Below, in pieces: positions 30,192 through 40,595 of a stretch of 64,000 bases of DNA. Source of the DNA: Mayamaea pseudoterrestris (Eukaryota); NCBI GenBank assembly GCA_027923505.1, contig BROI01000008.1, positions 930,001 to 994,000 on the forward strand, read 5' to 3'. The notes below the pieces were generated by a model. The model was not told the DNA's origin, searched no databases, and saw only the letters and a list, made by a program, of their open reading frames with translations. The translations under genes were made by a program, and so were the position numbers. Each line of letters opens with the position of its first letter. Position 1 is the stretch's first letter.

Positions 30192-33100
30192 ATGAAGATT
30201 CCGCGCGCTAGTGGCTGGTCGTCGCTGCTGCTTTTGATTCTGCTGCAATGTTGTTGTCGCCACGTGTCGTGCAGACCATTTTCGAGGACACCACAAGCAA
30301 TTCCCTATAGCTCAGAGTTGCAATATCGCAGAATGGATTGGCGAGGAGGTTCACAAGACAATCATCGACACGTTGCAGGTAACGACGAGGAACGCTACAG
30401 TCGCCAAGTCTACGCACTGGGCGCCCGAGCCCACGGCCTCATTCGATCCGCAACCATCATCTTGGACGGTCCTCCCGAGTCTGGTCTAATGTACGAAACA
30501 GCCAAGAACTTGGCATTGAGTGGCGTCCATCGCATTCTATTGCTGGAAAGTGACAGCAGTGTCGATGCCGCCTATTTCGAAGGGTCGCTCGATGACTTGG
30601 GACGAGCCTTTGTGAGGGCTGCTCGAAACGAATTGAACGATGCTCGAGGCGAAATGGATACAATGCAACTCTTGAAGGAGTACATACAAAAGCTCAATCC
30701 GTCTGTGGCGGTGCATGTCATTACACGAGAGTCACTCTCAACTGAAATTGAGACCTTTCGTCGGAATGACAACAAGTTGATACTGGTAGCACTAGACCGG
30801 CCACTGTCGACACAATTAGCTCTGAATAACAAGTGTCGACAACTGGATCTTGCATTTTGCTCTGCAGACACTGCTGGGGTCTTTGGTTTGGTGTTTTGTG
30901 ACTTCGGAAATGACTTTGTCGTGCATGATGCCGATGGAGAGACACCGCTGGCGACGCCAGTCGACAAGCTTGTTTTAGGCGATGATAATGTACTAATGGT
31001 ACACTGCGTCAATGGCGAAAAGCATGACGTTTCCAAAGGTGACATTATACAATTCAAATGTCGAGATGGTTCCATTGCCGAAGACGTTTTTCGCGTTGAA
31101 AAGGTATATACGCCGTTTCGGTTTCAAATTTCTGTCGACGGGCAGCATGATTTAAACGAAGTTTGCGCTCGGATCAATCAGCAAGCGGCAACCTTTAGTC
31201 GCATCAAACAACCACAGACGCTTCACTTTAGTCCCTTGTCGGATGCCATTGCGAAGGCCATCGATAATAACGACTCTTTGTTCACAGCGTGCGATTTGGA
31301 GAAGAGTTTTGACAAGGTGCGACGATCGGCTTTAATTACCGCCTTTCATGCGCTTTCAGTGTTCGTGGAGAAGAATGGCCGGCTGCCCAAAAACAAGGAA
31401 CAGAAAAGATTATGGAAACTTATGCAACTGACTCTGTCAAAACATATATCAGAGAGCGATAACAAGCGAGCCAAACGTCACTGCAAACATTTTGTTCGCG
31501 GATGTTCCGCCAAGTTTGTTCCCATGCAAGCAGTTTTTGGTGCCATTGCCGCTCAGGAAGCTTTGAAAGCAGTTAGCGGGCTTTATTGCCCTGTGCATCA
31601 GTTTTTGCTGTATGATTGTGACGAGGTGTTGCATGGCGTACCAAAGATGGATGATCATGATAACGCCGACGAGATTGACGTCCAAGACAATGTTCCAGGA
31701 CTTCGGGCAATTCTTGGAAGTGTGCTGGTTAAGAAATTGGCATCCCAAAATGTGTTTGTGGTTGGTGCTGGAGCCATAGGGTGCGAAATACTAAAGAATT
31801 TGGCAGCTCTCGGGGTTGCCACTGGCGCAAAGGGGAGAATCCACGTGACTGACATGGATACGATCGAGAAGTCGAACCTCAGCCGTCAATTTCTCTTTCG
31901 CGACGCTGATATCGGTAATTTTAAGAGCGCCGCAGCGCATCAGGCTGTAATGCAGTTTAATCCACGCATGAAGATTGATTCGCATTCCAGCAAAGTCGGC
32001 GATTTAACGCATAGCCCCTTCCATGAAGACTTCTGGTCAACCAAGGTGGATGTCGTTTTAAATGCGCTCGACAATGTTGAAGCTCGGTTATTTATTGATC
32101 GTCAGTGCGTCGCCTATCAGAAAGCTTTGGTGGACAGCGGAACGCTTGGGTCCAAGGGGAACGTGCAGGTCGTCGTTCCACATCAGAGCGAATCTTACGC
32201 ATCAAGCGCCGATCCACCGGAGCAAGCAATCCCAGTGTGTACTTTGAAAAATTTTCCATACTCAATTTCGCATACAATTCAATGGGGCAGGGATCTTTTT
32301 GATGGCTTATTCCAGGTTCGTCCAAAGCGAGCGAACACATTTATAGAGGAACTAAAGCATCGTCAAGTTACCGACCTTGTCGAGAGTCTTTTGGCTGACC
32401 ACGACACTGAGTCGGGGCAGGTCATTCTTTCAGAGCTCCAGGAAGACCTGAGCGACGTTGCCGATGTTAATGCGCCGATGGCATGTTTAAATTGGGCAAT
32501 GCAGTTAGCGCATGAAATGTATTACCAATCCGCGTTAGATCTTATTGTCAAGCACCCGCTTGATAGCGTTGACGAAGATGGCGAGCCGTTCTGGACAGGC
32601 ATTAGACGACCACCTATGCCGATGTTATACAGAGAAGCGGTGGAAGATGACGACAAGCAAAGCTACGTCAATGCTAATTTGATCCAATTTGTCAAGGCAG
32701 CTGCTCGTTTGAGACTAAAGATGATTCGGTCGAATCAGCCATCTTCGCACAAAGCGGAATACAATATAACAGTTGATGAAACTGTTGTAAAGCACGGCTT
32801 GCAATCCACTGGTGAAACATGTCTGAAACGTCGGGCAGGCTTGATTGATTTAGCACCTAACGAGTTGCAAGCATTGGCTTTACGGAACACAAGTTTACAT
32901 GCCATCGACTTTGAAAAAGACGATGATTCAAATGGGCATGTTGAATTTGTTACCGCTGCTAGCAATCTCCGAGCCATCAGCTACGGCATACCTCCGGTAG
33001 ACTCGATGGAGACTCGCAGAATAGCCGGAAGCATTGTCCCAGCCATGATCACGACGACAGCCTTCGTTGCAGCGCTTTCTTGCCTCGAACTCATCAAACT

Positions 33101-33608
33101 CACTCAAAACACACCTTTGCGTCTCCATCGAAACGCATTTGTCAACCTTGCATTGCCCTTCTTTGCTTTCACATCACCACTGCCAGCAGAGGAAATATCT
33201 GGCTTGAATGGCAATACGTTCACGATCTGGGATCGATTGTTAATCACAGAAAAAAAGAAGGACGCAAACAAGGGTGGCTTATCTATCCGAACACTCATCC
33301 GTCGACTTGAGAGGCAGTTATCCGAGAGCGGTAACTCCGTTGTCGTTACTTCGTTGAGCATAGGCGAGTTTATGCTGTACGCAAACTACCTACATGAAAA
33401 CGATGCGGATGTACTTGATTGTAATCTGTGGGATCACATAAAAAATGCGCTAACTTTGGATGATGAGTTTCAAGGAAGGACAACTGAGGAAAGCTCGGTC
33501 AACATTGACTGCGAGCGATACGTGGATCTCTCAGTTTCTGTTGAAGAGTCGGCCACTAATATCGAGGTCGAGCTACCTCCCATCCGTGTCCAGAGGTATG
33601 CTATTTGA
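30192..33608 (+). CDS. UBA1: Ubiquitin-activating enzyme E1 with N-terminal signal peptide (probable symbiont-type SELMA sUba1)
   Basis: RYSRQVY, VGAGAIGCE, DMDTIEKSNLSRQFLFR, catalytic IPVCTLKNFP, FEKDDDSNGH and IAGSIVPAMITTT. N-terminus MKIPRASGWSSLLLLILLQCCC is signal-peptide-like. Confidence 0.92.
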   Translation: MKIPRASGWSSLLLLILLQCCCRHVSCRPFSRTPQAIPYSSELQYRRMDWRGGSQDNHRHVAGNDEERYSRQVYALGARAHGLIRSATIILDGPPESGLMYETAKNLALSGVHRILLLESDSSVDAAYFEGSLDDLGRAFVRAARNELNDARGEMDTMQLLKEYIQKLNPSVAVHVITRESLSTEIETFRRNDNKLILVALDRPLSTQLALNNKCRQLDLAFCSADTAGVFGLVFCDFGNDFVVHDADGETPLATPVDKLVLGDDNVLMVHCVNGEKHDVSKGDIIQFKCRDGSIAEDVFRVEKVYTPFRFQISVDGQHDLNEVCARINQQAATFSRIKQPQTLHFSPLSDAIAKAIDNNDSLFTACDLEKSFDKVRRSALITAFHALSVFVEKNGRLPKNKEQKRLWKLMQLTLSKHISESDNKRAKRHCKHFVRGCSAKFVPMQAVFGAIAAQEALKAVSGLYCPVHQFLLYDCDEVLHGVPKMDDHDNADEIDVQDNVPGLRAILGSVLVKKLASQNVFVVGAGAIGCEILKNLAALGVATGAKGRIHVTDMDTIEKSNLSRQFLFRDADIGNFKSAAAHQAVMQFNPRMKIDSHSSKVGDLTHSPFHEDFWSTKVDVVLNALDNVEARLFIDRQCVAYQKALVDSGTLGSKGNVQVVVPHQSESYASSADPPEQAIPVCTLKNFPYSISHTIQWGRDLFDGLFQVRPKRANTFIEELKHRQVTDLVESLLADHDTESGQVILSELQEDLSDVADVNAPMACLNWAMQLAHEMYYQSALDLIVKHPLDSVDEDGEPFWTGIRRPPMPMLYREAVEDDDKQSYVNANLIQFVKAAARLRLKMIRSNQPSSHKAEYNITVDETVVKHGLQSTGETCLKRRAGLIDLAPNELQALALRNTSLHAIDFEKDDDSNGHVEFVTAASNLRAISYGIPPVDSMETRRIAGSIVPAMITTTAFVAALSCLELIKLTQNTPLRLHRNAFVNLALPFFAFTSPLPAEEISGLNGNTFTIWDRLLITEKKKDANKGGLSIRTLIRRLERQLSESGNSVVVTSLSIGEFMLYANYLHENDADVLDCNLWDHIKNALTLDDEFQGRTTEESSVNIDCERYVDLSVSVEESATNIEVELPPIRVQRYAI

Positions 33609-33797
33609 CTCGCATTATGTCTAGCCAGTCCAGTGCTGCATTGTCCAGCCATTAATTTTAAACCTGACTTACGCCAATGGCTTTGGTCGCAAACCTTTCT
33701 CTATTAAATAGAATCATAGATACCATAACATACACATAATCTTACAAAGTATTTTATAACACACATGACTGCATACAAATAAATTTGTAGCAAATGC

Positions 33798-36700
33798 TCA
33801 AGTAATAAGCGGATCTCCCTCGCTTAAAATGTCGTGAAGCAGTGGGTCGCAAGGAATACCATTATTGACAATCGATCCGTATGCACTCGCAAACAGCTTC
33901 TCCTCTTGCCGTAGTCGTTCAATTTCCTTCTTTTCCAGCTCGTGCTCGAAACGGAGATATCTGCCATTAAAAGTTGCAAAGAAAACAGTAGCCACTGCAT
34001 GCAAAACGATAAGCAAATAGAAAGAAAAGGTAAATTGCGGATGGACAGCTTGGTCAGAATCCTCGAGAGGGCTCATATTAAAATTCTTAAAGGCCTTGAA
34101 GCAAGGAATGAAGCAGGCACTCAAAAGGTTGGCGAAAAGCTGTTGGATGACCAGGACGGTATTCTCGCTGAGTGGATAAGCCGCCTCTACTCCAAGCTCC
34201 GTCGATACAGGCTGTAGAGGACCAACCAAGGCAGCGACAATAACAAGAGAGACGCGAAGCTGTACGCCCTTGTCCGCAGCTAGATTCACTCCGCACTCAG
34301 CAAGGCCAAATGCTCCCAGAACCAGCATCCCCACAATAACGGAGTAGTACGCCCTCGTCTTGTCCGTGAACTGACCCATGACAAGGCTAGAGATCATAAT
34401 AACAAATTGAAATGTACCACCCACGATACCGGTGTACTCTCTTCCGGCGCCATTAAGTCGAACCAGATAGTCCATGAATGTTGAGAGTGTGTTAATGACT
34501 ATCCCACTCACGGTGAAAGAGACAAGGGAATGAATGAATCCGGGCCGGGTCATGCATGCTATTATTGAGAGCCAGATTTGATCGTCGCGAATTTCAATAT
34601 CCAAATGATGCGGTGTGAGAGTGAGAACCGGCTCGACGCCTTGATCGTTTTCGCTCTCTGGCGGCATTACATCTTCAGGCGAATCGTAATACCTCACATG
34701 CGAGTAGCCGCTATATGGCGACTCTGGATACTCTTGCACAGGATGCGGCAATCTAGAATATGCTCCTGTCGGATGCTGCACTGTAACAGGATAGTACACA
34801 TACTGGCCGCTTTGCGCATCCCAGTAAGGTTGGTACTGCGGGTGAGTGACGTAGTACTGCCCATTCTCACCCAAAGCTGAACCGTATTCGATCATATGTG
34901 GCGGGTAAACCAGCTCCTGCAACGCGAGTCCGTCAGATTCGACTCCATTCAAACCTTGAGCAACGACAGAATCAGGATGTGAATCAACCCGACCAATTTG
35001 GTCTGCGACGCTGTCGTCCCAATTCGCGGGGGAAGGCAACTGTCCCACTACTGCTTGTGATTTTAAAGAATTTCGGGCTCCTGCGGACTCGATAGGATTT
35101 GATGAATGCACATCGTCGGTTAAGAGACCTATCGAGACGGTTTTCGGTTCCGTAGCCGCGACGTTATCCACAAACACTGTTGGCTTGACCTCGTCTATTG
35201 CAACAGATTCGCTTTGGTTCATACCGAAGTTCATTGTCACGCCCAAGTTTCGCACTGAATCAAAAAGGTCCGTAATCGTTGGAAAGTTAATGTCCAACGT
35301 ACCTCGCATCACTCTGGCGGAACTCGAAGGTGGAGTCGGTGGAGCGTCGTCAAACTGGATCAATGTTCCCAAGAAGGTCAAAGTAGCAAGGACTGACAAA
35401 AGGCTAAAGTATCTGACAATATCATCATTTGTTTTGACCAAAAGCGTACCAAATATGAAGGCAAACCCAATTCCAATCTGATTAGAGTTAAGCGCAACAC
35501 CCGTTGCCAATGTCCGTTCTCTCTCCGGAAACCATGACGCCGATAATAGTGCTGGTGTGCACTGGTACAGTGGTTGACTCAAGCCCACCAGAAAAAATCC
35601 AAGGTAGACTCGCCATTCCCCGCTTCCCTTCTCCAGTCGCGGTTCTATGATGGGTGGCAGACCTCCACTTTTGATGATACTGCCGATCATCGCCAGTAGT
35701 GCTCCAGCCAAAACTGTCTTGCGTAGTCCAAGCCGTGATAATATGATTGGCTCGCATGCTGTCGCAATAGCATTAGCGGCAAGAAACAAAACGACAAGTT
35801 GCTCTGAATTGATCCGGCCAAACGCTTCCTCTGTCAAAACAGCAATAGGAGCAACTGAATAGCATGTCCAATCGGACAAAAGGTTCAGCAGGCTCATGTA
35901 GAGGAGCATAAGCCACCGTTGCCAATAGACCTGGAGTGGTTCATCATCCCGACTGTCACTTGTTTCGGAGGGTAGCACATCAATGTCGCTGCTAGCGCTC
36001 GTTAAGACACGCCGTTCTGTATCCACATCACTAAGTAGACCACTATTGGCATCTTCTGATGAATCGCGGTCGTTCGAGCTTGCGGATTGTTGTTTCTGTT
36101 GCTCGCCCATCTGTCGTCCACCACCTTGGTTGAATCCTGCGGGCACCGGCTGTTGCTGCTGTCCTGGCACACCTCCAGCAGCTCCTGTGTGAGTCACTTG
36201 TGTAAACGAATGTCGCGGCATGGACTCGCTATCCTCGCTGTAAACCAACGATCTGCTCCCCGAGCTCCCAACGGTTGGAGTTCCAACCGAGGTTGATGGA
36301 GACGAGAATGAAAAGTGTATGCGCGGCGGAAGCATGGGAGGCTGCGAAGGCCAAGACGGCGAAACGAGCGGGCTAGAAGCGGTTACCAAATGTGGCTGCG
36401 GATGCACATACTCATTCCTTAATTGTTGCTGCGAGTTCGAGGACAGTATGGTCGGCGGCGAAGGCTGGGTATTGTGCTCGGACGCAGGACTTTGCATTAG
36501 CATGGCGCCGGGACGTGACGGAGGGTGTTTTCCAAGAACAGGTGACATTCGGCCCGACGGTTTCTCAACTTCATCTTCTACCAAGTCGTCCGCATCCGAG
36601 GAATGGTTCGAAGATCCCGACACGAGGGAGCTTATACTATGCATGCGTGTGAGTTGCTGAGGATATAAATCAACCCGGTGGTCTGAGCCCGGATGCTGTC

Positions 36701-37121
36701 TTATGCCATGTCGATGACGGTGCTCTTCGCTGTCGTCGGACAGTGACAAAGATGCATCGCTTTCTCGATGAGAAAGTTCTCGTCGGGGTCGCAGAGTAGT
36801 GTTGTTGCTCGTTGCAGTTGAAGGAGCAAAAGGAAGACCGCTCTTTGGAGATGGCAAAATCATAGGATCAGCAAAGTACGAGCCATCGTTCGACGAATCA
36901 TCGTCGTCCTGTTCGTATTGGACTTCTGTTAAGATCAAGGGTGATTTTCTTGCGCCATCGGGGGTCAAAGGAGAGGTTGCTTCCGTTTCCTGAGTGACAT
37001 TAATTGTAACTTCCGACGCTTCAGAAAAGGTTTTGCGGTGACTACCAGTAGATGGCTCCATAAGCGGCGACTTTGATTCTTCGGAATCCATGGTGCTTGT
37101 CGCGTCCTTCTTCTCTTCCAT
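33798..37121 (-). CDS. MFS transporter, FLVCR/SLC49-like, with long disordered N-terminus and central loop
   Basis: VYWQRWLML, SASWFPERERTLAT, PPTPPSSSA and ELGVEAAYP. Two bundles of TM helices. Confidence 0.85.
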   Translation of the reverse strand: MEEKKDATSTMDSEESKSPLMEPSTGSHRKTFSEASEVTINVTQETEATSPLTPDGARKSPLILTEVQYEQDDDDSSNDGSYFADPMILPSPKSGLPFAPSTATSNNTTLRPRRELSHRESDASLSLSDDSEEHRHRHGIRQHPGSDHRVDLYPQQLTRMHSISSLVSGSSNHSSDADDLVEDEVEKPSGRMSPVLGKHPPSRPGAMLMQSPASEHNTQPSPPTILSSNSQQQLRNEYVHPQPHLVTASSPLVSPSWPSQPPMLPPRIHFSFSSPSTSVGTPTVGSSGSRSLVYSEDSESMPRHSFTQVTHTGAAGGVPGQQQQPVPAGFNQGGGRQMGEQQKQQSASSNDRDSSEDANSGLLSDVDTERRVLTSASSDIDVLPSETSDSRDDEPLQVYWQRWLMLLYMSLLNLLSDWTCYSVAPIAVLTEEAFGRINSEQLVVLFLAANAIATACEPIILSRLGLRKTVLAGALLAMIGSIIKSGGLPPIIEPRLEKGSGEWRVYLGFFLVGLSQPLYQCTPALLSASWFPERERTLATGVALNSNQIGIGFAFIFGTLLVKTNDDIVRYFSLLSVLATLTFLGTLIQFDDAPPTPPSSSARVMRGTLDINFPTITDLFDSVRNLGVTMNFGMNQSESVAIDEVKPTVFVDNVAATEPKTVSIGLLTDDVHSSNPIESAGARNSLKSQAVVGQLPSPANWDDSVADQIGRVDSHPDSVVAQGLNGVESDGLALQELVYPPHMIEYGSALGENGQYYVTHPQYQPYWDAQSGQYVYYPVTVQHPTGAYSRLPHPVQEYPESPYSGYSHVRYYDSPEDVMPPESENDQGVEPVLTLTPHHLDIEIRDDQIWLSIIACMTRPGFIHSLVSFTVSGIVINTLSTFMDYLVRLNGAGREYTGIVGGTFQFVIMISSLVMGQFTDKTRAYYSVIVGMLVLGAFGLAECGVNLAADKGVQLRVSLVIVAALVGPLQPVSTELGVEAAYPLSENTVLVIQQLFANLLSACFIPCFKAFKNFNMSPLEDSDQAVHPQFTFSFYLLIVLHAVATVFFATFNGRYLRFEHELEKKEIERLRQEEKLFASAYGSIVNNGIPCDPLLHDILSEGDPLIT

Positions 37122-37754
37122 ACCTTCGCTACTGCAGGCGCAAGTACCGGTATTTGGAACAGAATTTTGATGGCGAAAACTTGAGGGCCGCCTTTTTTGA
37201 ACTACTACTTCCCGGCTCTGCTAATCGAGAGACTAGATACTATGTAGTATGTAACGCATGAAGTTATTTGCGCAAAAGGTATAAGCGATGCTTGTCCAAA
37301 TAAAACAAAGGGTGCAAAAGGTCAAAGGTCAAACCATTCTCGCTGTCGCTGCGAGTCGATTGCCGTTCCGAAACGCTCCGGCATCCAACGCAGAATGAAG
37401 TTGTCGCAGCGTTATCAATCAGAAACCGAAGCGGTCATAGTTCGGCCCAGAAACCGTAAGGTTCGGATCGGAAAAACGGAGTCGCACTTTTCATTGTGTG
37501 CAATCTCATTCACACTTTGATTCGTTGGTGGTGGTTATGCTTGTGTCGACATTACCTGCACTTGTCTATGATTGCAAGACCAACCGATCAGCTCCCAGTA
37601 CTACGGAAAGCTTAATAAGAAAGATAAAAGTTGATGCAATGAGGCGAGGCTGATTCTTTTGCAACATTGAACCGATACACCAGACGAGCGAATAAATCAA
37701 TCACCGGCAGCAGATTTGGATTAGAAATCCGACAAACAAAGCACAATCTTTATT

Positions 37755-38945
37755 ATGTCTAGAATCGACGCCCAAAATTATCGCAAGGCGTCGCAGGAGG
37801 AGCTTTTTGATGCAGCTAAGGATGTCGTCCACAAAGAGCTTCATAGCTGCACCGTTTTTGAGTCGGACAAGCTAGATGTTCTACCCACTTTCGACAGCAG
37901 CGAACTGGTCCTGGGACGAATAGTTGGCCGCGGAGGATTCGCGGTTTGCCAAGAAATAACTTCTATAAAACTGAAGCAGCTTACGAGCGATCCATCGGAA
38001 AGATCGACAAGCTTAGAATCGGAGCGTGAACGACTAGCGCGTCGCGTCTGGGCGAGGAAAGGTGGCAAATATGTAATCAAGCGAGTCAACCAAGAGCTCT
38101 TGCATACTGACAAATCCACGTATTTGAAGGGAACAATTGATCTTGCATTGGAGACGCACGTTCTTGCGTCGCTGGATCACAACCACATTATATCATTACG
38201 AGGCTTGGCGACAGCGGCACCTTTTGACCCACATGGAAGATACTTTCTCATACTGGACCAACTGCAAGAAATTCTTCCCAAGCGGCTATGCGCCTGGATG
38301 CACCAGCACCGAGCTACCAAGGGTGTGACGGGTCTACTAACGGGTGGCAAACGCAAAATTACCAAGTTATATCTAGAGCGATTGCTCGTCGCTCTGGATG
38401 TGGCAAATGCTATGGACTATCTACATCAGAAGCACATTATATGTCGAGACATCAAGCCGGATAACATTGGATTCACTGTCGACGGTACACTTAAATGTTT
38501 CGACTTTGGCCTTGCGCGTCAGCTCCGGGAAGCTGATCGCGTCGATGGGGATCGTTACCACATGACGAGCTTTTGTGGCGCAATCAGATACATGGCTCCA
38601 GAGAACGGCTTGGGACAGCCTTACAACACAAAAGCAGACGTTTACGCTTGGTCGATGCTTTTGCATTACATCATCGCTCTTGAACCTCCAATGGGGGCAT
38701 ACACGCCTAAAATGTTTATTGAACGTGTCTTCAAGCTGGGTTACCGACCAGCCATAAAGGATAAATGGTCGCCTGCAATACGAGATTTGATGAAAAGGTC
38801 TTGGTCAGAGGATATCGACGAGCGGCCTACATTCTGTGAGATTGTAAGACTCTTAAAGCAAGAAATTGCCATTGTTGATCCAGAGGCTAAATTATTTTCA
38901 TCGGAAGAGAAGAATTGCTCTTGTGAAGCTGAGTCACCATCATGA
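37755..38945 (+). CDS. Ser/Thr (TKL-like) protein kinase
   Basis: GRGGFA, YVIK, CRDIKPDN, DFGLAR, YMAPE and DVYAW. Confidence 0.93.
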   Translation: MSRIDAQNYRKASQEELFDAAKDVVHKELHSCTVFESDKLDVLPTFDSSELVLGRIVGRGGFAVCQEITSIKLKQLTSDPSERSTSLESERERLARRVWARKGGKYVIKRVNQELLHTDKSTYLKGTIDLALETHVLASLDHNHIISLRGLATAAPFDPHGRYFLILDQLQEILPKRLCAWMHQHRATKGVTGLLTGGKRKITKLYLERLLVALDVANAMDYLHQKHIICRDIKPDNIGFTVDGTLKCFDFGLARQLREADRVDGDRYHMTSFCGAIRYMAPENGLGQPYNTKADVYAWSMLLHYIIALEPPMGAYTPKMFIERVFKLGYRPAIKDKWSPAIRDLMKRSWSEDIDERPTFCEIVRLLKQEIAIVDPEAKLFSSEEKNCSCEAESPS

Positions 38946-39085
38946 CGAATTAATTACTACAGGAACGACAGACTAAACTGTATAGGACACTGCAAGCTCT
39001 AGCGCAGCTAAACAGAACTTGATTATGATTTAGCTTACGCGAAGAGTTGTTTTCTCATACTACCTTAGTTTTAATAAGACCCTCG

Positions 39086-40234
39086 CTACACTCGGATCGA
39101 CAAGGATGACGCCAAGTCATTCTCACCTCGATGGCCTTGCCCAATATTGCAACGATAAAAGTTGACATTGCTCGTTGAGTTGATGTCAGCCACAGCCCCG
39201 AACCGACTGTTGATTGCCGTGTTGCCATACCAGAAGCAATCTGCAAAAGCAACTTCAGCGCCGTTATGGAAAAATATGAGTGAACTCGACCATGCCCGGG
39301 TGAAAGTGAAACCACGGATCATTACGTTCTTTGCATTCGGTCCAAAGGATAAGTGAGACGATCCACCGTTCACGACGCAACCCTCGCACTCTATTATGAG
39401 ATTCGGAGCATTGATGAATATGGGGCCGTGTTTGGCTTGTAGCTCGGTTCCTGGGCAGACTTTGAATATTAACTCCTCTTCGTAATACAGTCGATCGTCT
39501 TGAAAGGTTCCTGAGAAATCAGTGTCGGCGAAGAAGCGACTCCAATGAACGAAATGTTCGACAGATAGCTTATTTGCTTCCAGTACAGCAGCATTCAAGT
39601 TGTCCCAAGTATCGAAACCAACCGTCGTGCCATCCGAACATAATTTTGGCGATACCGAAAGTGGCATGGCAGGCGTCATGGGCGGCTTCACATTCGATCC
39701 AGTGATACTTTTACAACCACCATTATCCTTTCGTTTTGCATTGCTTTTGCGATTAACTGGTTGGTGTGCTAAAGTTGATTCTTCAACCACAAGCATGGCT
39801 TTCGGATGACCGGAAGGCTCAACATGTATCACACGCTGAAGACGGAACTTATGAACGTCGTGGTGTGCCGTACTATAGGCCACTATGTCTTGTTCCGGAA
39901 GAGTTATGCGAAACCGATGATTGTTCATTTCTTGTTCTCGAAGATCGATTTCCTTAAAGACTGGAGGTGCTGGCTTGTCAAAGTAGTGAATGGAGATGCT
40001 GATTTCCGCGGCCACGGCAAACAAGAAGGTACAAAGAATGCACGAAATAAGAAGGACCAGCAGAATAACAAGTTCAGTCATTGATATACGAAAGGAAAAT
40101 TTGTGTACTTCTTCCACAGCCTCGAGAAGGTCCTTGGAACCGTTAACGAGAGACGTTGGCTGCCGTGACAGCTTGGCACTGGAAACGTCTGGACCTGCGT
40201 TCGAACTCTGTCGGTTCTTTCGGTTGCCGCCCAT
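39086..40234 (-). CDS. Hypothetical single-pass membrane protein, possible C-terminal beta-helix-like domain
   Basis: 382-aa ORF with one TM (LVILLVLLISCILCTFLFAVAA). The C-terminus has ICPGT-like, NVMIRGFTF and DCFWYGN beta-strand motifs. Confidence 0.65.
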   Translation of the reverse strand: MGGNRKNRQSSNAGPDVSSAKLSRQPTSLVNGSKDLLEAVEEVHKFSFRISMTELVILLVLLISCILCTFLFAVAAEISISIHYFDKPAPPVFKEIDLREQEMNNHRFRITLPEQDIVAYSTAHHDVHKFRLQRVIHVEPSGHPKAMLVVEESTLAHQPVNRKSNAKRKDNGGCKSITGSNVKPPMTPAMPLSVSPKLCSDGTTVGFDTWDNLNAAVLEANKLSVEHFVHWSRFFADTDFSGTFQDDRLYYEEELIFKVCPGTELQAKHGPIFINAPNLIIECEGCVVNGGSSHLSFGPNAKNVMIRGFTFTRAWSSSLIFFHNGAEVAFADCFWYGNTAINSRFGAVADINSTSNVNFYRCNIGQGHRGENDLASSLSIRV

Positions 40235-40595
40235 ATCGCTTATACTTTTTATTAAGCACAGTAGCTCTTCTGTCGAATATTCTGTTAAGTGAATAGATAT
40301 GGTCGGTCTTACTGCACCGAAATCGCCATGGTCGCGACGAGGTTAATTCTATGCGACGAGCTTGACGATGATCCGTCGCAGATGTCGCATGCGTGTCTGA
40401 CCGTTTCTCATGTTAGCTACTATGGTCGAAAACGCAAGGTGCCCGCCAGTGAGCAACGAAGCAAGCAGGCAACTATACTTGCGGTTCGCCGCTGCTACGG
40501 AAGTGAGCGAATAAAGATGAAAAATATGCTTTATCACCATCCATTTACTACGCTCCAGAAAATAAAGAACCAATGTCCGAGTCGATTGCGCGTGT

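Noticed and set aside
37319..37331. AGGTCA-A-AGGTCA (nuclear receptor DR1-like element)
   Set aside because: Nuclear receptors are animal-specific, and a simple 7-bp duplication explains it.
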